This document shows positions 41,357 through 49,971 of a DNA stretch of 49,971 nucleotides, piece by piece. Every line of letters begins with the position of its first letter. Position 1 is the first letter of the stretch. The DNA lies in the NCBI GenBank assembly GCA_965205655.1, contig CBDBIJ010000031.1, positions 1 to 49,971 on the forward strand. Reading direction: 5' to 3'. Under the pieces are notes generated by a model. That model had not been told where the DNA came from and did no database searches. It saw nothing but the letters and a program-made list of their open reading frames with translations. Source of the stretch: Candidatus Latescibacterota bacterium. Its GTDB lineage: Bacteria > Latescibacterota > UBA2968 > UBA8231. Both the position numbers and the translations under genes were made by a program.

Positions 41357-44300
41357 CTATTCCGCCTTCAACGCCGGCAAAAGCGGCGCACGCAGCGCCA
41401 GCCTGGCGGCTACGGCGCTGACAGCTACACCCACCAGCACCACGACGGCGAGCGTGAACGATAGTGAAAGCCAGGGCACCTGGCCCGTTGCGAAAACATG
41501 TGGCGACACCGCTATCAACGCCGCGACGGTTCCGAGGACGACTCCCATCAACAGCAGAAAGGAATTCTCGACGAGCAACATCCGCGACAGCAGTGAGCGC
41601 CTGAAGCCGACTGCTCGCAACGTCGCCAGCTCACCCGTGCGCTCCAGGGCGTTTCGCAGCAGCACGAATCCGAGACCGATCGTACCCAGAATGAGCCCGA
41701 GTCCTCCGAGGGTTTGAAAGGTGGACAGGTAGGTGTTCTCGACCGCCTGAAACCCCGCCAGCTTGTGAGCAGCCGTCGACACATCGAACCCATATCGGGC
41801 CAGGCTTGTCTCCAGCGCGACTGACACACCGCCCGCTTCCCGCGGCTCGACGTCGATCGCGAAGAAGCCGAAACCAGTCGCGTTCGGGAAATGGCTGACG
41901 AGGTTCGCTTCCGATATGAGCAACTCGCTCTGGAACAGGCTCGACTCGAGCAACCCGACAAGCCTGAGACGCAAATCACCGCCGGTTTCGTCCTGCATGA
42001 GGAGCTCGTCCCCGAGGCCGAGGTGGAGAATCCAGAGGACGGAGTTGTAGTCGCCGATGGCGGGCACCACGCCCGGTCCGAGGTCCTGATCGAGAAGCAG
42101 CCACGGATTCTCCGACTCGGTATCCTCGCTCTGCTTGAAGCGAAACCCGCCGCGTTGAATCAGCTCCGCCGGCACACCGAGAATCCTCGGTTGCTGCGGT
42201 TTGTAGAGGTTGAGACAGCTCGCATCCTCTCCCTGTAGCGATCGCAGAGCAAAGAACCGGGCACCGTCGAGCAGCCGCTCGTCCTCTCGACCGACCCCGA
42301 GCTCGAAGCGCCCTTGCGGGCTGTTCAGATTCTGGTGTAGGGGAATGTCCGACTCGGCTATGAGCGCGAATCCTCCGGTCCCGGAGCTCTTGTCCGACCA
42401 CTCGTGCGCACTACCGGAGACTCTGCGATTTGCTCCTACGGCGACAATGACGAAACAGGCACATCCCACTAGCGCTGCGCACAACATGCTTCTGCCCGGA
42501 TGCCGTCGGCTGTTGCGGGCACCGATGGAGATGGCCGACACAGTTGGAGGTGCGCCCGTAGCTCTCCCGCCCTTCAACCAGCGCGAGAAGAATCCCAGCC
42601 CGGCAAGAAGAAGAAGGGCTCCCCCAGCGAAGAACGCACCGGCGGCAGCTGCCGGTTCGGCGCCGACACCGACGCCGATAGCTACAAGCGCCACAGCTGC
42701 TGCCGCTGACGCTGCGTAGTTTGACCGCTTCCCCGGCCTCGTATCGACGAACGTTGTGTCACCCGCCAGCAAGGCCCGCGCCGAGATGCCCGTGACCCGC
42801 CGCAGGGCGAGCCACACCAATACGCATACGACCATAACAGAGGCCGCGTATCCGGCCACGAGACTGAGAGGTTCGACATGGAGGAACAGCATCGGTGTCC
42901 CCACTGCTGTGAGCCACCATGTCCGCAGTCCCAGCATCATGAGCCCGGCGTAGGCCACGGCCCCTCCGATCCCGATGAGCCCGCCGAAACCGGCCAGTGC
43001 GATCCCCTCGGTCAGAAACCGACGACGAACCAGTGCCATCGGCAATCCGGTTGCGAGCATGACGCCGATCTCTATAGCCCGTTGTTCCACCCCGTAGCGA
43101 AACAAAAGCCCGACGAGCAGCGCTGCCGAGACGATGAGAAACATGCTGAAGCCGATGAAGAGCATGCTGAAGTCTGTCGCTCCGGCAGCCGCCTCCAATC
43201 CCTCTTGCCTCACAGGTCGGAATGTCAGCCCCAGCTCCGATGGCCGCAGGTGGCGCCGCAACTCACGTTCGAGCGGTGCGGCAACACCCGGGCCTCCTGC
43301 AAACCGAATCGATGTCGCGTGACCGAAGCGGCTGCCCCACAACCGGCGACCGGTTTCGAAAGAGACGAACGCCTTCGGGGTGGCTCCGTGCTCGTCCCAA
43401 TACTTCTCGTCTCTGTCGCGAATCAAGCCCAGATCGACCGGAAACGGCGCCGACCACGCGGACATGTCCCCCGCCTCCTGAATCCCCGGATAGTCGGGCG
43501 TCAGGGTCGGATCTGCCGCCAATCCCTCCATGGCGACGATCCCTGCAACCCGCATTGGGGCGCGGCGCGTCAGCAGCTCCTCGCGAGCGCCGACCACGTA
43601 GTAGGAGATGGCGACACTGTCCCCCGTACTCACGGCCAGATCGTGTGCAAGCCACTGATTCAACAGAATGTCATCATCCTCCATTGTCGCCGGTGAGCTT
43701 CCGTCGACGAGGTACAGGGATCCAGCCGCGTCCACCTCCAGCGCCGTTACCGTCGAGTACGGAGCCGATCGCCCGGCCGCCTCGATCGAATTCGCCAGAT
43801 AGGTGAAGATGGGAAGCATCGGCACCCCGATCTCGCGCGCCGCCGACGCGGCTCTCTCCAGAGTTCGCGCGCTCAGTATGAACCTTTCGCTCTCCAGGGA
43901 AACGAACCTGTCCCCTTCCCGAAGTCGAAGCTGCAGATCTGCGAGCCTGAGCGCTTTGTCGAACGAACGCTGAAGTCGCGCCTCGTCGCCGCCAGCCACC
44001 AGCAGCGCGTTTACTCGTCCTGCCTGCCCCAATTCACTCTGCAGAACGTTCAGCTCAACGAAAGCATTGAGAGGCTGGCTTTGATGGGGTCGCAAACCGA
44101 ATCGCCCCGGGCCCGCATCGGGAATGACTGCGGCGATTGTCAGCCTGAGTGACCGCACGACATCTGCCGAGCTTCTTTGTCCGAACAGCGATTCACGGGG
44201 GGCGGAATCGACCTGCGGAAAGGAAAGCGCAACGTCGTCCCCCACCCGCGCCTTCAGTTCATTCGCCAATGATCGATTGATGACGACGGCCGGAAAATGG

Positions 44301-44674
44301 AATTGCAGACGTGTCGCCAGGAGATCTGCCAGTCTGCAGTCATCCCCGTAGAGCGCCGCGAAGCGCGCGTCGATCCCCAGAATCTGCACGCGCGAAGCGC
44401 GCGCCTTGTTGCCCGAGTGAATGGCCGCCCCGCTTGTGAGTACTGCAGGCGCCACTGCGGCGTCCTCGATGGCGCCTGCGATCTCCTCTCTGAAGAAGCG
44501 GTCCGACAGCAGCGCAAACTCGGTCTCCCCCAGACGGTCTAGCGTCAGATCGCGCAGACTGCCGCGCACTGAGTCGCCGACGAGAAGGGCGCCGGTCAGC
44601 ACCGACGTCGCTACCCCGGCTCCCAGCGCCACGGCGGCGTTGATCTTCCAGAAGTAGCTCAGACTTCGGAGCAT
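41357..44674 (-). CDS. Large duplicated FtsX/MacB-type ABC permease (1105 aa)
   Basis: Two MacB/FtsX repeats (EQRAIEIGVMLATG; ERTGELATLRAVGF) with large periplasmic domains. Confidence 0.88.
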   Translation of the reverse strand: MLRSLSYFWKINAAVALGAGVATSVLTGALLVGDSVRGSLRDLTLDRLGETEFALLSDRFFREEIAGAIEDAAVAPAVLTSGAAIHSGNKARASRVQILGIDARFAALYGDDCRLADLLATRLQFHFPAVVINRSLANELKARVGDDVALSFPQVDSAPRESLFGQRSSADVVRSLRLTIAAVIPDAGPGRFGLRPHQSQPLNAFVELNVLQSELGQAGRVNALLVAGGDEARLQRSFDKALRLADLQLRLREGDRFVSLESERFILSARTLERAASAAREIGVPMLPIFTYLANSIEAAGRSAPYSTVTALEVDAAGSLYLVDGSSPATMEDDDILLNQWLAHDLAVSTGDSVAISYYVVGAREELLTRRAPMRVAGIVAMEGLAADPTLTPDYPGIQEAGDMSAWSAPFPVDLGLIRDRDEKYWDEHGATPKAFVSFETGRRLWGSRFGHATSIRFAGGPGVAAPLERELRRHLRPSELGLTFRPVRQEGLEAAAGATDFSMLFIGFSMFLIVSAALLVGLLFRYGVEQRAIEIGVMLATGLPMALVRRRFLTEGIALAGFGGLIGIGGAVAYAGLMMLGLRTWWLTAVGTPMLFLHVEPLSLVAGYAASVMVVCVLVWLALRRVTGISARALLAGDTTFVDTRPGKRSNYAASAAAAVALVAIGVGVGAEPAAAAGAFFAGGALLLLAGLGFFSRWLKGGRATGAPPTVSAISIGARNSRRHPGRSMLCAALVGCACFVIVAVGANRRVSGSAHEWSDKSSGTGGFALIAESDIPLHQNLNSPQGRFELGVGREDERLLDGARFFALRSLQGEDASCLNLYKPQQPRILGVPAELIQRGGFRFKQSEDTESENPWLLLDQDLGPGVVPAIGDYNSVLWILHLGLGDELLMQDETGGDLRLRLVGLLESSLFQSELLISEANLVSHFPNATGFGFFAIDVEPREAGGVSVALETSLARYGFDVSTAAHKLAGFQAVENTYLSTFQTLGGLGLILGTIGLGFVLLRNALERTGELATLRAVGFRRSLLSRMLLVENSFLLLMGVVLGTVAALIAVSPHVFATGQVPWLSLSFTLAVVVLVGVAVSAVAARLALRAPLLPALKAE

Positions 44675-45342
44675 TTGCCCTCGCGCAACTCGAAACGCCG
44701 CTCGAACCTGCTCGCCAGATCCGCGCTGTGGGTCACCGCCATCATCGTGAAATCCTCGTCCGCGTGCAGCTCGAACAGCAGTGTGGCGACCGCCTCGGCG
44801 CTCGCGTGATCGAGACTTCCGGTGGGCTCGTCACATAACAGCAGACGCGGAGAGTTGATGAGACTGCGAGCCACGGCTGCCCGCTGACACTCGCCACCCG
44901 ACAACTCCGCCGGCCGGTGCTCCAGCCGATCTGACAGACCGACCCGGTTCAGCAGGTAGTGCGCCCGTTTCACGTGGTCCGGACCTGCCGAGCCCAACGC
45001 CAGCGTCGGCATGAGGACGTTCTCGAGAGTGGAGTACTGAGGAAGGAGGTGGTGCCGCTGGAAGACGAAGCCGACGACCCGATTCCTGAAACGCGCCAGC
45101 TCCGGCTCCTTCAGTGAAAACGGATCGGCGCCCTCGATCTCGACCTGTCCCGATGTCGGATGATCCAGGGTGCCGATGATGTGGAGGAGCGTACTCTTCC
45201 CCGAGCCGGAAGGCCCGACTATTGCCAGCGCCTCACCGGTCGACAATTCGAAAGAAATACCGCCCAGCACATCGACTGGGCGGTCATCAGTTCCGAACCG
45301 CTTGTGGAGGTTGGAGACCTTTAGAAAGACGGTCCGGTCCAC
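44659..45342 (-). CDS. LolD/MacB-type ABC ATP-binding protein
   Basis: GPSGSGKST, GFVFQ.HHLL, LSGGECQR, CDEPTGSLD, VTH. Confidence 0.93.
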   Translation of the reverse strand: MDRTVFLKVSNLHKRFGTDDRPVDVLGGISFELSTGEALAIVGPSGSGKSTLLHIIGTLDHPTSGQVEIEGADPFSLKEPELARFRNRVVGFVFQRHHLLPQYSTLENVLMPTLALGSAGPDHVKRAHYLLNRVGLSDRLEHRPAELSGGECQRAAVARSLINSPRLLLCDEPTGSLDHASAEAVATLLFELHADEDFTMMAVTHSADLASRFERRFELREGKCSEV

Positions 45343-45410
45343 TGTGGCGTCATTGTGACAAGTGGATTGCGGAGAGGATGATCTGCGACCAGCCTCCCCG
45401 CTTCATGCTG

Positions 45411-45860
45411 CTACAGTTCCCGCTCGAAAACTACGTAGGCTGGTCCGTGCGACTCCGCGGCCCTTTCAGAAGCCTCCTTAAATGCATCCATAATGTCGTC
45501 GTAGCCCGCCGTGGCGGCCACCGCCAGCAGATCTTCCGACTCACGCACCTGCTGTGCCGAACTGGCCTCGGCGCAGGTGACCGTAATCGTCATCGGTGTA
45601 TAGATGCCGAATGTGACTCCGGCGATGATCTGTTGAAGGAACGTGTGCACCGTCTCGACCTGAGCCACGCCATGATCGCACTCGTTCTTGGCGTTTACGA
45701 CTTTCGGTGGGACCAACCCGCCAACCCAGCTGTGTGCCCAGATCGTCTCGGACCTGTGAGTCGACGCCAACCCCGTGTCGATCGTCGCGCGGTAGCAACC
45801 AGAAACACTCACCAACGCAACAATCGGGAGAATAAGCCCGATCAATTTCTTGTACTGCAT
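45411..45860 (-). CDS. Bor/Iss family lipoprotein with C-terminal extension
   Basis: Lipobox VSGC; C..GVAQVET..TF.....VTFGIYTP..I.VTCA; GGAGGT RBS. Confidence 0.75.
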   Translation of the reverse strand: MQYKKLIGLILPIVALVSVSGCYRATIDTGLASTHRSETIWAHSWVGGLVPPKVVNAKNECDHGVAQVETVHTFLQQIIAGVTFGIYTPMTITVTCAEASSAQQVRESEDLLAVAATAGYDDIMDAFKEASERAAESHGPAYVVFEREL

Positions 45861-45932
45861 CCTGCACCTCCCGTTTCGCGGCATTTGCCAGGAGATATGA
45901 GCAACCCCGAAAGGGCTGCAGTGTGAAGCTAA

Positions 45933-47569
45933 CCTGAATTATTCATAAAAATGCGGTGACCTCTTGTACAACTGGTTGTTTCGCCCTAAGTTAGGGTTGG
46001 ACACAAACAACAACCATTTGAGAGGACACCGCGATGGAAAGGTCGCAGATCACGGTATCCTTTGCAAGCATCTCGGGCAGGAAGATCGAAGCCGATTTTG
46101 ACGGCGGCACGACGACCAGCGATGGGGGCGCCCTGCTCCTGCGGCAGGCGGAATCCAAGATAGGGATCGTAGACCGAATCGTAAGGGCGTTGTGTGATCG
46201 CCGACATCAAAGCTATATCGACCATACCTATACCGACCTCATCAAGCAGCGCGTCTTCCAGATCGCCTGCGGGTACGAGGACGCCAATGACAGCAACGAC
46301 CTGCGTTCAGATCCGGCTCTGAAGGCAGCATGCGATCGACTCCCCCTGACGGGAGCCGATCTGGCCAGTCAACCGACCATGTCTCGTTTCGAGAACAGTA
46401 TCAGCCGCACGGACCTCTACCGAATCGGGCTCGCGTTACTGGAAACATTCATCGAGTCCTACGACAAGCCGCCGAAGAAGATCATCCTGGACATTGATGA
46501 CACGGATGATGCCACGCACGGTTCACAGCAACTGTCGTTGTTTCACGCTTACTATGACGAGTACTGCTACCTGCCCGTCCATCTCTACGAAGCAGAGACA
46601 GGCAAGTTGATCACCACCATTCTGCGACCCGGTCGTAGAATCCGTGGCCGCGAGGCCGCGGCGATTCTCAGACGCGTTCTGGATCATATCCTCATGGCCT
46701 GGCCGCAGGTGCAGATCACCTTGCGTGGTGACGCGCACTTTAGCACCCCGGAGGTGCACGACCTGTGCGACGAATACGGCCTAGCGTTCATTCTCGGACA
46801 AGCGGTCAACCAGAAGCTCAAAGCGCTCGGCGCACCGCTGATGGAGCAGGCAGCCGCCCTGGCGGAGCAGACCGAAAAGCCGGTGCGGCTCTTTACACAC
46901 TTCGATTATCAGGCCGATAGCTGGAGCCGTCCGCGCCAGATCATCTACAAGGCCGAGATTACGCAAGGAAAGGCCAACCCGCGTTTTGTGGTCACGAACA
47001 TTCGGAACCGAACGCCCAGGTTTCTGTATGAGAAGGTCTACTGTGCTCGCGGACGATCGGAAGGGTTCATCAAGAATCACAAGACCTTCCTGAACTCCGA
47101 CCGGACCTCCTGCCATCGATTCCCGGCAAACCAATTCCGCCTCTTCCTGCACAGCGCCGCCTATGTGCTTGTGCACGCGATCAAACATATCGGCATGCGA
47201 GGCACCCAATGGACGACGTCCAACTTCGACACGATCCAACTCCGCGTCCTCAAAATCGGCGCCAGAGTACGGGAGCAAACCACCACGGTGCGCTTTCACT
47301 TTCCGACGTCATATCCGCTCAAGGACTTGATGAGGTTGATCGTCTACAACCTCGACACCGCGTAATGCGCACGATGACGACGCACCAAAAAATCGATCAT
47401 CAGCACGACCAAGGGATCAGTCTGTCCGGAGGAAATGCAACACCGCCTGACACATCGACCTACGACCAAGAAACACGGACCCGAGAATCACACTTGAGCG
47501 AGAAACGCCTCAGTGCTTCATCATTTACCGAATCCCGATCAAACTGAGCGAATTTATGAATTATTCAGG
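45933..47569 (+). mobile_element. IS1380-family insertion sequence (1637 bp)
   Basis: 17-bp IRs CCTGAATTATTCATAAA / CCTGAATAATTCATAAA (1 mismatch) and a 4-bp target duplication CTAA at 45929-45932 and 47570-47573. Confidence 0.92.
46034..47365 (+). CDS. IS1380-family transposase
   Basis: FDGG.TTSDGG, GYEDAND, LASQPTMSRFEN, LDID.TDD.THGSQ, RGDAHF, YCARG.SE. Confidence 0.95.
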   Translation: MERSQITVSFASISGRKIEADFDGGTTTSDGGALLLRQAESKIGIVDRIVRALCDRRHQSYIDHTYTDLIKQRVFQIACGYEDANDSNDLRSDPALKAACDRLPLTGADLASQPTMSRFENSISRTDLYRIGLALLETFIESYDKPPKKIILDIDDTDDATHGSQQLSLFHAYYDEYCYLPVHLYEAETGKLITTILRPGRRIRGREAAAILRRVLDHILMAWPQVQITLRGDAHFSTPEVHDLCDEYGLAFILGQAVNQKLKALGAPLMEQAAALAEQTEKPVRLFTHFDYQADSWSRPRQIIYKAEITQGKANPRFVVTNIRNRTPRFLYEKVYCARGRSEGFIKNHKTFLNSDRTSCHRFPANQFRLFLHSAAYVLVHAIKHIGMRGTQWTTSNFDTIQLRVLKIGARVREQTTTVRFHFPTSYPLKDLMRLIVYNLDTA

Positions 47570-47995
47570 CTAACTATTGTCCGGTGATTCTTCGATCTTC
47601 TCTGCGATCACCCCCGGAATCTCGATCGCCTTCATCTGCTCGCCTGGGTTACACACACAGCACGCCGCGCTCAAGTCACCGCGCGCCACGAGCTCATCGC
47701 CCTTCGAGAACTCGCATCCATAGGTGATCGACTTCTCACCCTTCCGTCGCACAAATAAACGAATATCCAGCATTTCTTCGAATCGAACCGGTGCGAGAAA
47801 CTCGCAACTCGCCCTTAAACGCGGCCAGCTGACCCGATCCTCCCCTACCTCCATGTGGACGCTCAACCCGAGCGAGCGCAAGAACTCATGCTCCGCCTGC
47901 TCCATGAACACGTAGAACCTCGAAAAATTCACGATTCCCGCCATATCCGTGTCCGCGAACTCAATGCGGCGCGTTGTCCGATATTCATGTGCCAT
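47570..47995 (-). CDS. Acyl-CoA thioesterase (4HBT/YbgC hotdog fold)
   Basis: IEFADTDMAGIVNF, AEHEFLR, APVRFE. Confidence 0.9.
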   Translation of the reverse strand: MAHEYRTTRRIEFADTDMAGIVNFSRFYVFMEQAEHEFLRSLGLSVHMEVGEDRVSWPRLRASCEFLAPVRFEEMLDIRLFVRRKGEKSITYGCEFSKGDELVARGDLSAACCVCNPGEQMKAIEIPGVIAEKIEESPDNS

Positions 47996-48055
47996 TTGGG
48001 ATAGCTATCGCGGACTAACGAGGGCGGCCTTTATCATCATTCACCAACCTCCCCG

Positions 48056-48523
48056 CTACGTTGGCTTGAACAGGGTGACCAGACAACCCCCCGTCGCCGC
48101 CATCACGATCCCCAGCACGAAAGGCCAGTTCAGCGCCCCAAGCCCTGCGGCGGGAGGATGAACCGCCATCGCCACAAACGCATTCACAATCGGTGCCCCC
48201 GCAAACACGATAGACATCACCACTGCCGGCGACCCCTTTGCCCCGAACGCCAGAACCACACCCAGGGCGCCAATGGCACCCGCCACACCCGCAACCGTCG
48301 ACCACACAATCCCCCTCATGGGCATGCCCCACTCGACATTGTTCAGTTTGAGCACGATCAGCGAGCCAATGACCGCCGTGAACAAATACGCTATGCCGAC
48401 GAACAGGAACGCCTTGTAGCGCCCATTGATCGGATCCCCCATCGCCATCTGACCTGTGTGAAGCATGACGCCGTAGACGCCCCAGCACAGCACCGTCAGG
48501 GCGGCGAATATCAACCATGTCAT
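48056..48523 (-). CDS. Five-TM DMT-like membrane protein
   Basis: CWGVYG, VMSIVFAGAPIVNA; five hydrophobic segments. Confidence 0.7.
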   Translation of the reverse strand: MTWLIFAALTVLCWGVYGVMLHTGQMAMGDPINGRYKAFLFVGIAYLFTAVIGSLIVLKLNNVEWGMPMRGIVWSTVAGVAGAIGALGVVLAFGAKGSPAVVMSIVFAGAPIVNAFVAMAVHPPAAGLGALNWPFVLGIVMAATGGCLVTLFKPT

Positions 48524-48550
48524 CTGTCTTTCCTTTCATCCGCTTCGAAC

Positions 48551-49843
48551 TCAGACATACTGCTCGTACACCTTCATCGTTTCCTCCGCCATCACCTCGT
48601 CGCTGAACGAACGCTCTACCGCCGCTTTGCCCCGCCGCCCCAGCTCGACCCGCCGCTGCTCATCGTGCAACAGCTCGAGCAAACCATCTGCAAGAGAAGA
48701 TGCCGAATTCGGCTCCACCAGAATGCCGCCCCCCGTTTGCTCGATTAGCTCGGGAAAAGCACCGTGACGGGGCTCGACCACAGGCACGCCATTGGCCAGC
48801 GCCTCAAGCACATACAACCCCTTCGGCTCCCCATACGTTGCGGGAACCGACAGCACATCGAGTGACTGCAGAAAGCGAATCTTCTCGGCCCTGTTCACCT
48901 CACCGTGATAGACGAATGACCCATCCAGCCCGAATTCACCAATCCGCTCGACAGCCGCATCATAGTACGAACGTTCCTTCGCCCCAAGCCAGCCCGCTAT
49001 TTCGAGCCTCACCGCCGACCGAGCGGCCCTATCAACGACCTTATGGAACGCCTCGATCAGGAGGTGAAGCCCCTTTTCCGGAGCCAGCCGCGCCAGGTAG
49101 CCGATCCTGAACGGCTGTCCCTCTTCGCGATGCCGCGACTGCTTTCCGCATCCGCTGAGATTCACCCCCAACTTCACCACATGGAACTTTCCAGATTCGA
49201 CATCGAGATAGTCCGCCATAAAATCAGCGTAGTATCGACAGGGCGCGATGAAACCGTCCACATCGCGCGCCCGGTCTTTGAGCACGGAGCGCGCGTCTGA
49301 GCGATACGGTTCGTTGAGCCCGTCCAGAAACAACTCCTCCCCCTGGACCGCGCAGAGCACCGGCTTCCCGACTTCCTTTTTCAGAAAGCGCGCCGTCCCG
49401 ACGAACATGCTGTTCGTCAGCTGAACGAGATCAGGACGGTAATGACCCCTGATCCAGTTGGACAGCCTGCGAAGCTCCTTCCTCTGATGCCCGCCCTCGC
49501 CCTTGAGTACCGACACGGTAAGAGCACCGAGATTCTCCGCACTCGTCGTCGCACTGAACGCAGATGCGACCCACCGAAGCAGCGCCGGCCGATCGAGAAA
49601 CCAGTCGAGCACTCTCGGCGTATGCCGAAACATCCCCAGCTTCTCCTGCAGAAACACATTGATCCCGCCATAGAACACCCGCTTCCGGCTGACGCTTTTC
49701 TCGTCCGTGCGCAACGGCGTGTACGTCGGTATAAGGGCAACCTCGACACCTCTCCTGATGAGAGCCGTCGCGAGAGTATTGTCATGAATGCAACTGCCGC
49801 AGTACATCCCTCCAGCCCCGGCAGCGATGTAGGCGATTCGCAT
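48551..49843 (-). CDS. Glycosyltransferase family 4
   Basis: GYLARLAPEKG, EPKGLYVLEALANGVPVV, HGAFPE; N-terminal GMYCGSC. Confidence 0.9.
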   Translation of the reverse strand: MRIAYIAAGAGGMYCGSCIHDNTLATALIRRGVEVALIPTYTPLRTDEKSVSRKRVFYGGINVFLQEKLGMFRHTPRVLDWFLDRPALLRWVASAFSATTSAENLGALTVSVLKGEGGHQRKELRRLSNWIRGHYRPDLVQLTNSMFVGTARFLKKEVGKPVLCAVQGEELFLDGLNEPYRSDARSVLKDRARDVDGFIAPCRYYADFMADYLDVESGKFHVVKLGVNLSGCGKQSRHREEGQPFRIGYLARLAPEKGLHLLIEAFHKVVDRAARSAVRLEIAGWLGAKERSYYDAAVERIGEFGLDGSFVYHGEVNRAEKIRFLQSLDVLSVPATYGEPKGLYVLEALANGVPVVEPRHGAFPELIEQTGGGILVEPNSASSLADGLLELLHDEQRRVELGRRGKAAVERSFSDEVMAEETMKVYEQYV

Positions 49844-49971
49844 GAGGCCAATTCAGCCCTTAGTTCGGGAAGGGCTGGGGGGAGAAAACGGGCCGCCCCC
49901 ACCGCTCCTGTCCGCCCCGCCTTTAAACATTGCGAGTCAGGCCTAGTGGTTCAACTAGGTAGCAGTGCGGA

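Noticed and set aside
49852..49959. Two short hairpins near the window end
   Set aside because: Short stems without a U-tract, and the context lies outside the window, so they cannot be assigned.

Overview
GC-rich bacterial chromosomal window, mostly housekeeping and accessory metabolism. The dockerin-like secreted protein and the PhyH/SDR/Gfo genes loosely suggest a Latescibacterota/PVC/FCB-type environmental genome; this is inference only. In order it holds: a 5'-truncated TonB-dependent receptor; a TPR lipoprotein; a cupredoxin / membrane class III adenylate cyclase / outer-membrane barrel operon; a large PlsC-type acyltransferase fusion; an EndoQ(PHP)-UvrD fusion; pepF-glmS; two EamA transporters; a cyclophilin split by an IS30 element; a divergent single-chain transketolase; an MBL-cupin fusion; a sugar-catabolic cluster; two ABC systems; a Bor lipoprotein; an intact IS1380; a thioesterase; and a GT4. 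Seven genes carry single-base frameshifts and several appear to have lost internal segments, which could be consensus/assembly error or real decay. The most novel-looking signals are non-annotated: a sigma54-type promoter driving a structured leader plus a 36-aa membrane peptide (38.3-38.7 kb), and a ~220-nt switch-like structured RNA upstream of an EamA transporter (23.6-23.9 kb). No rRNA, tRNA or CRISPR array was seen.
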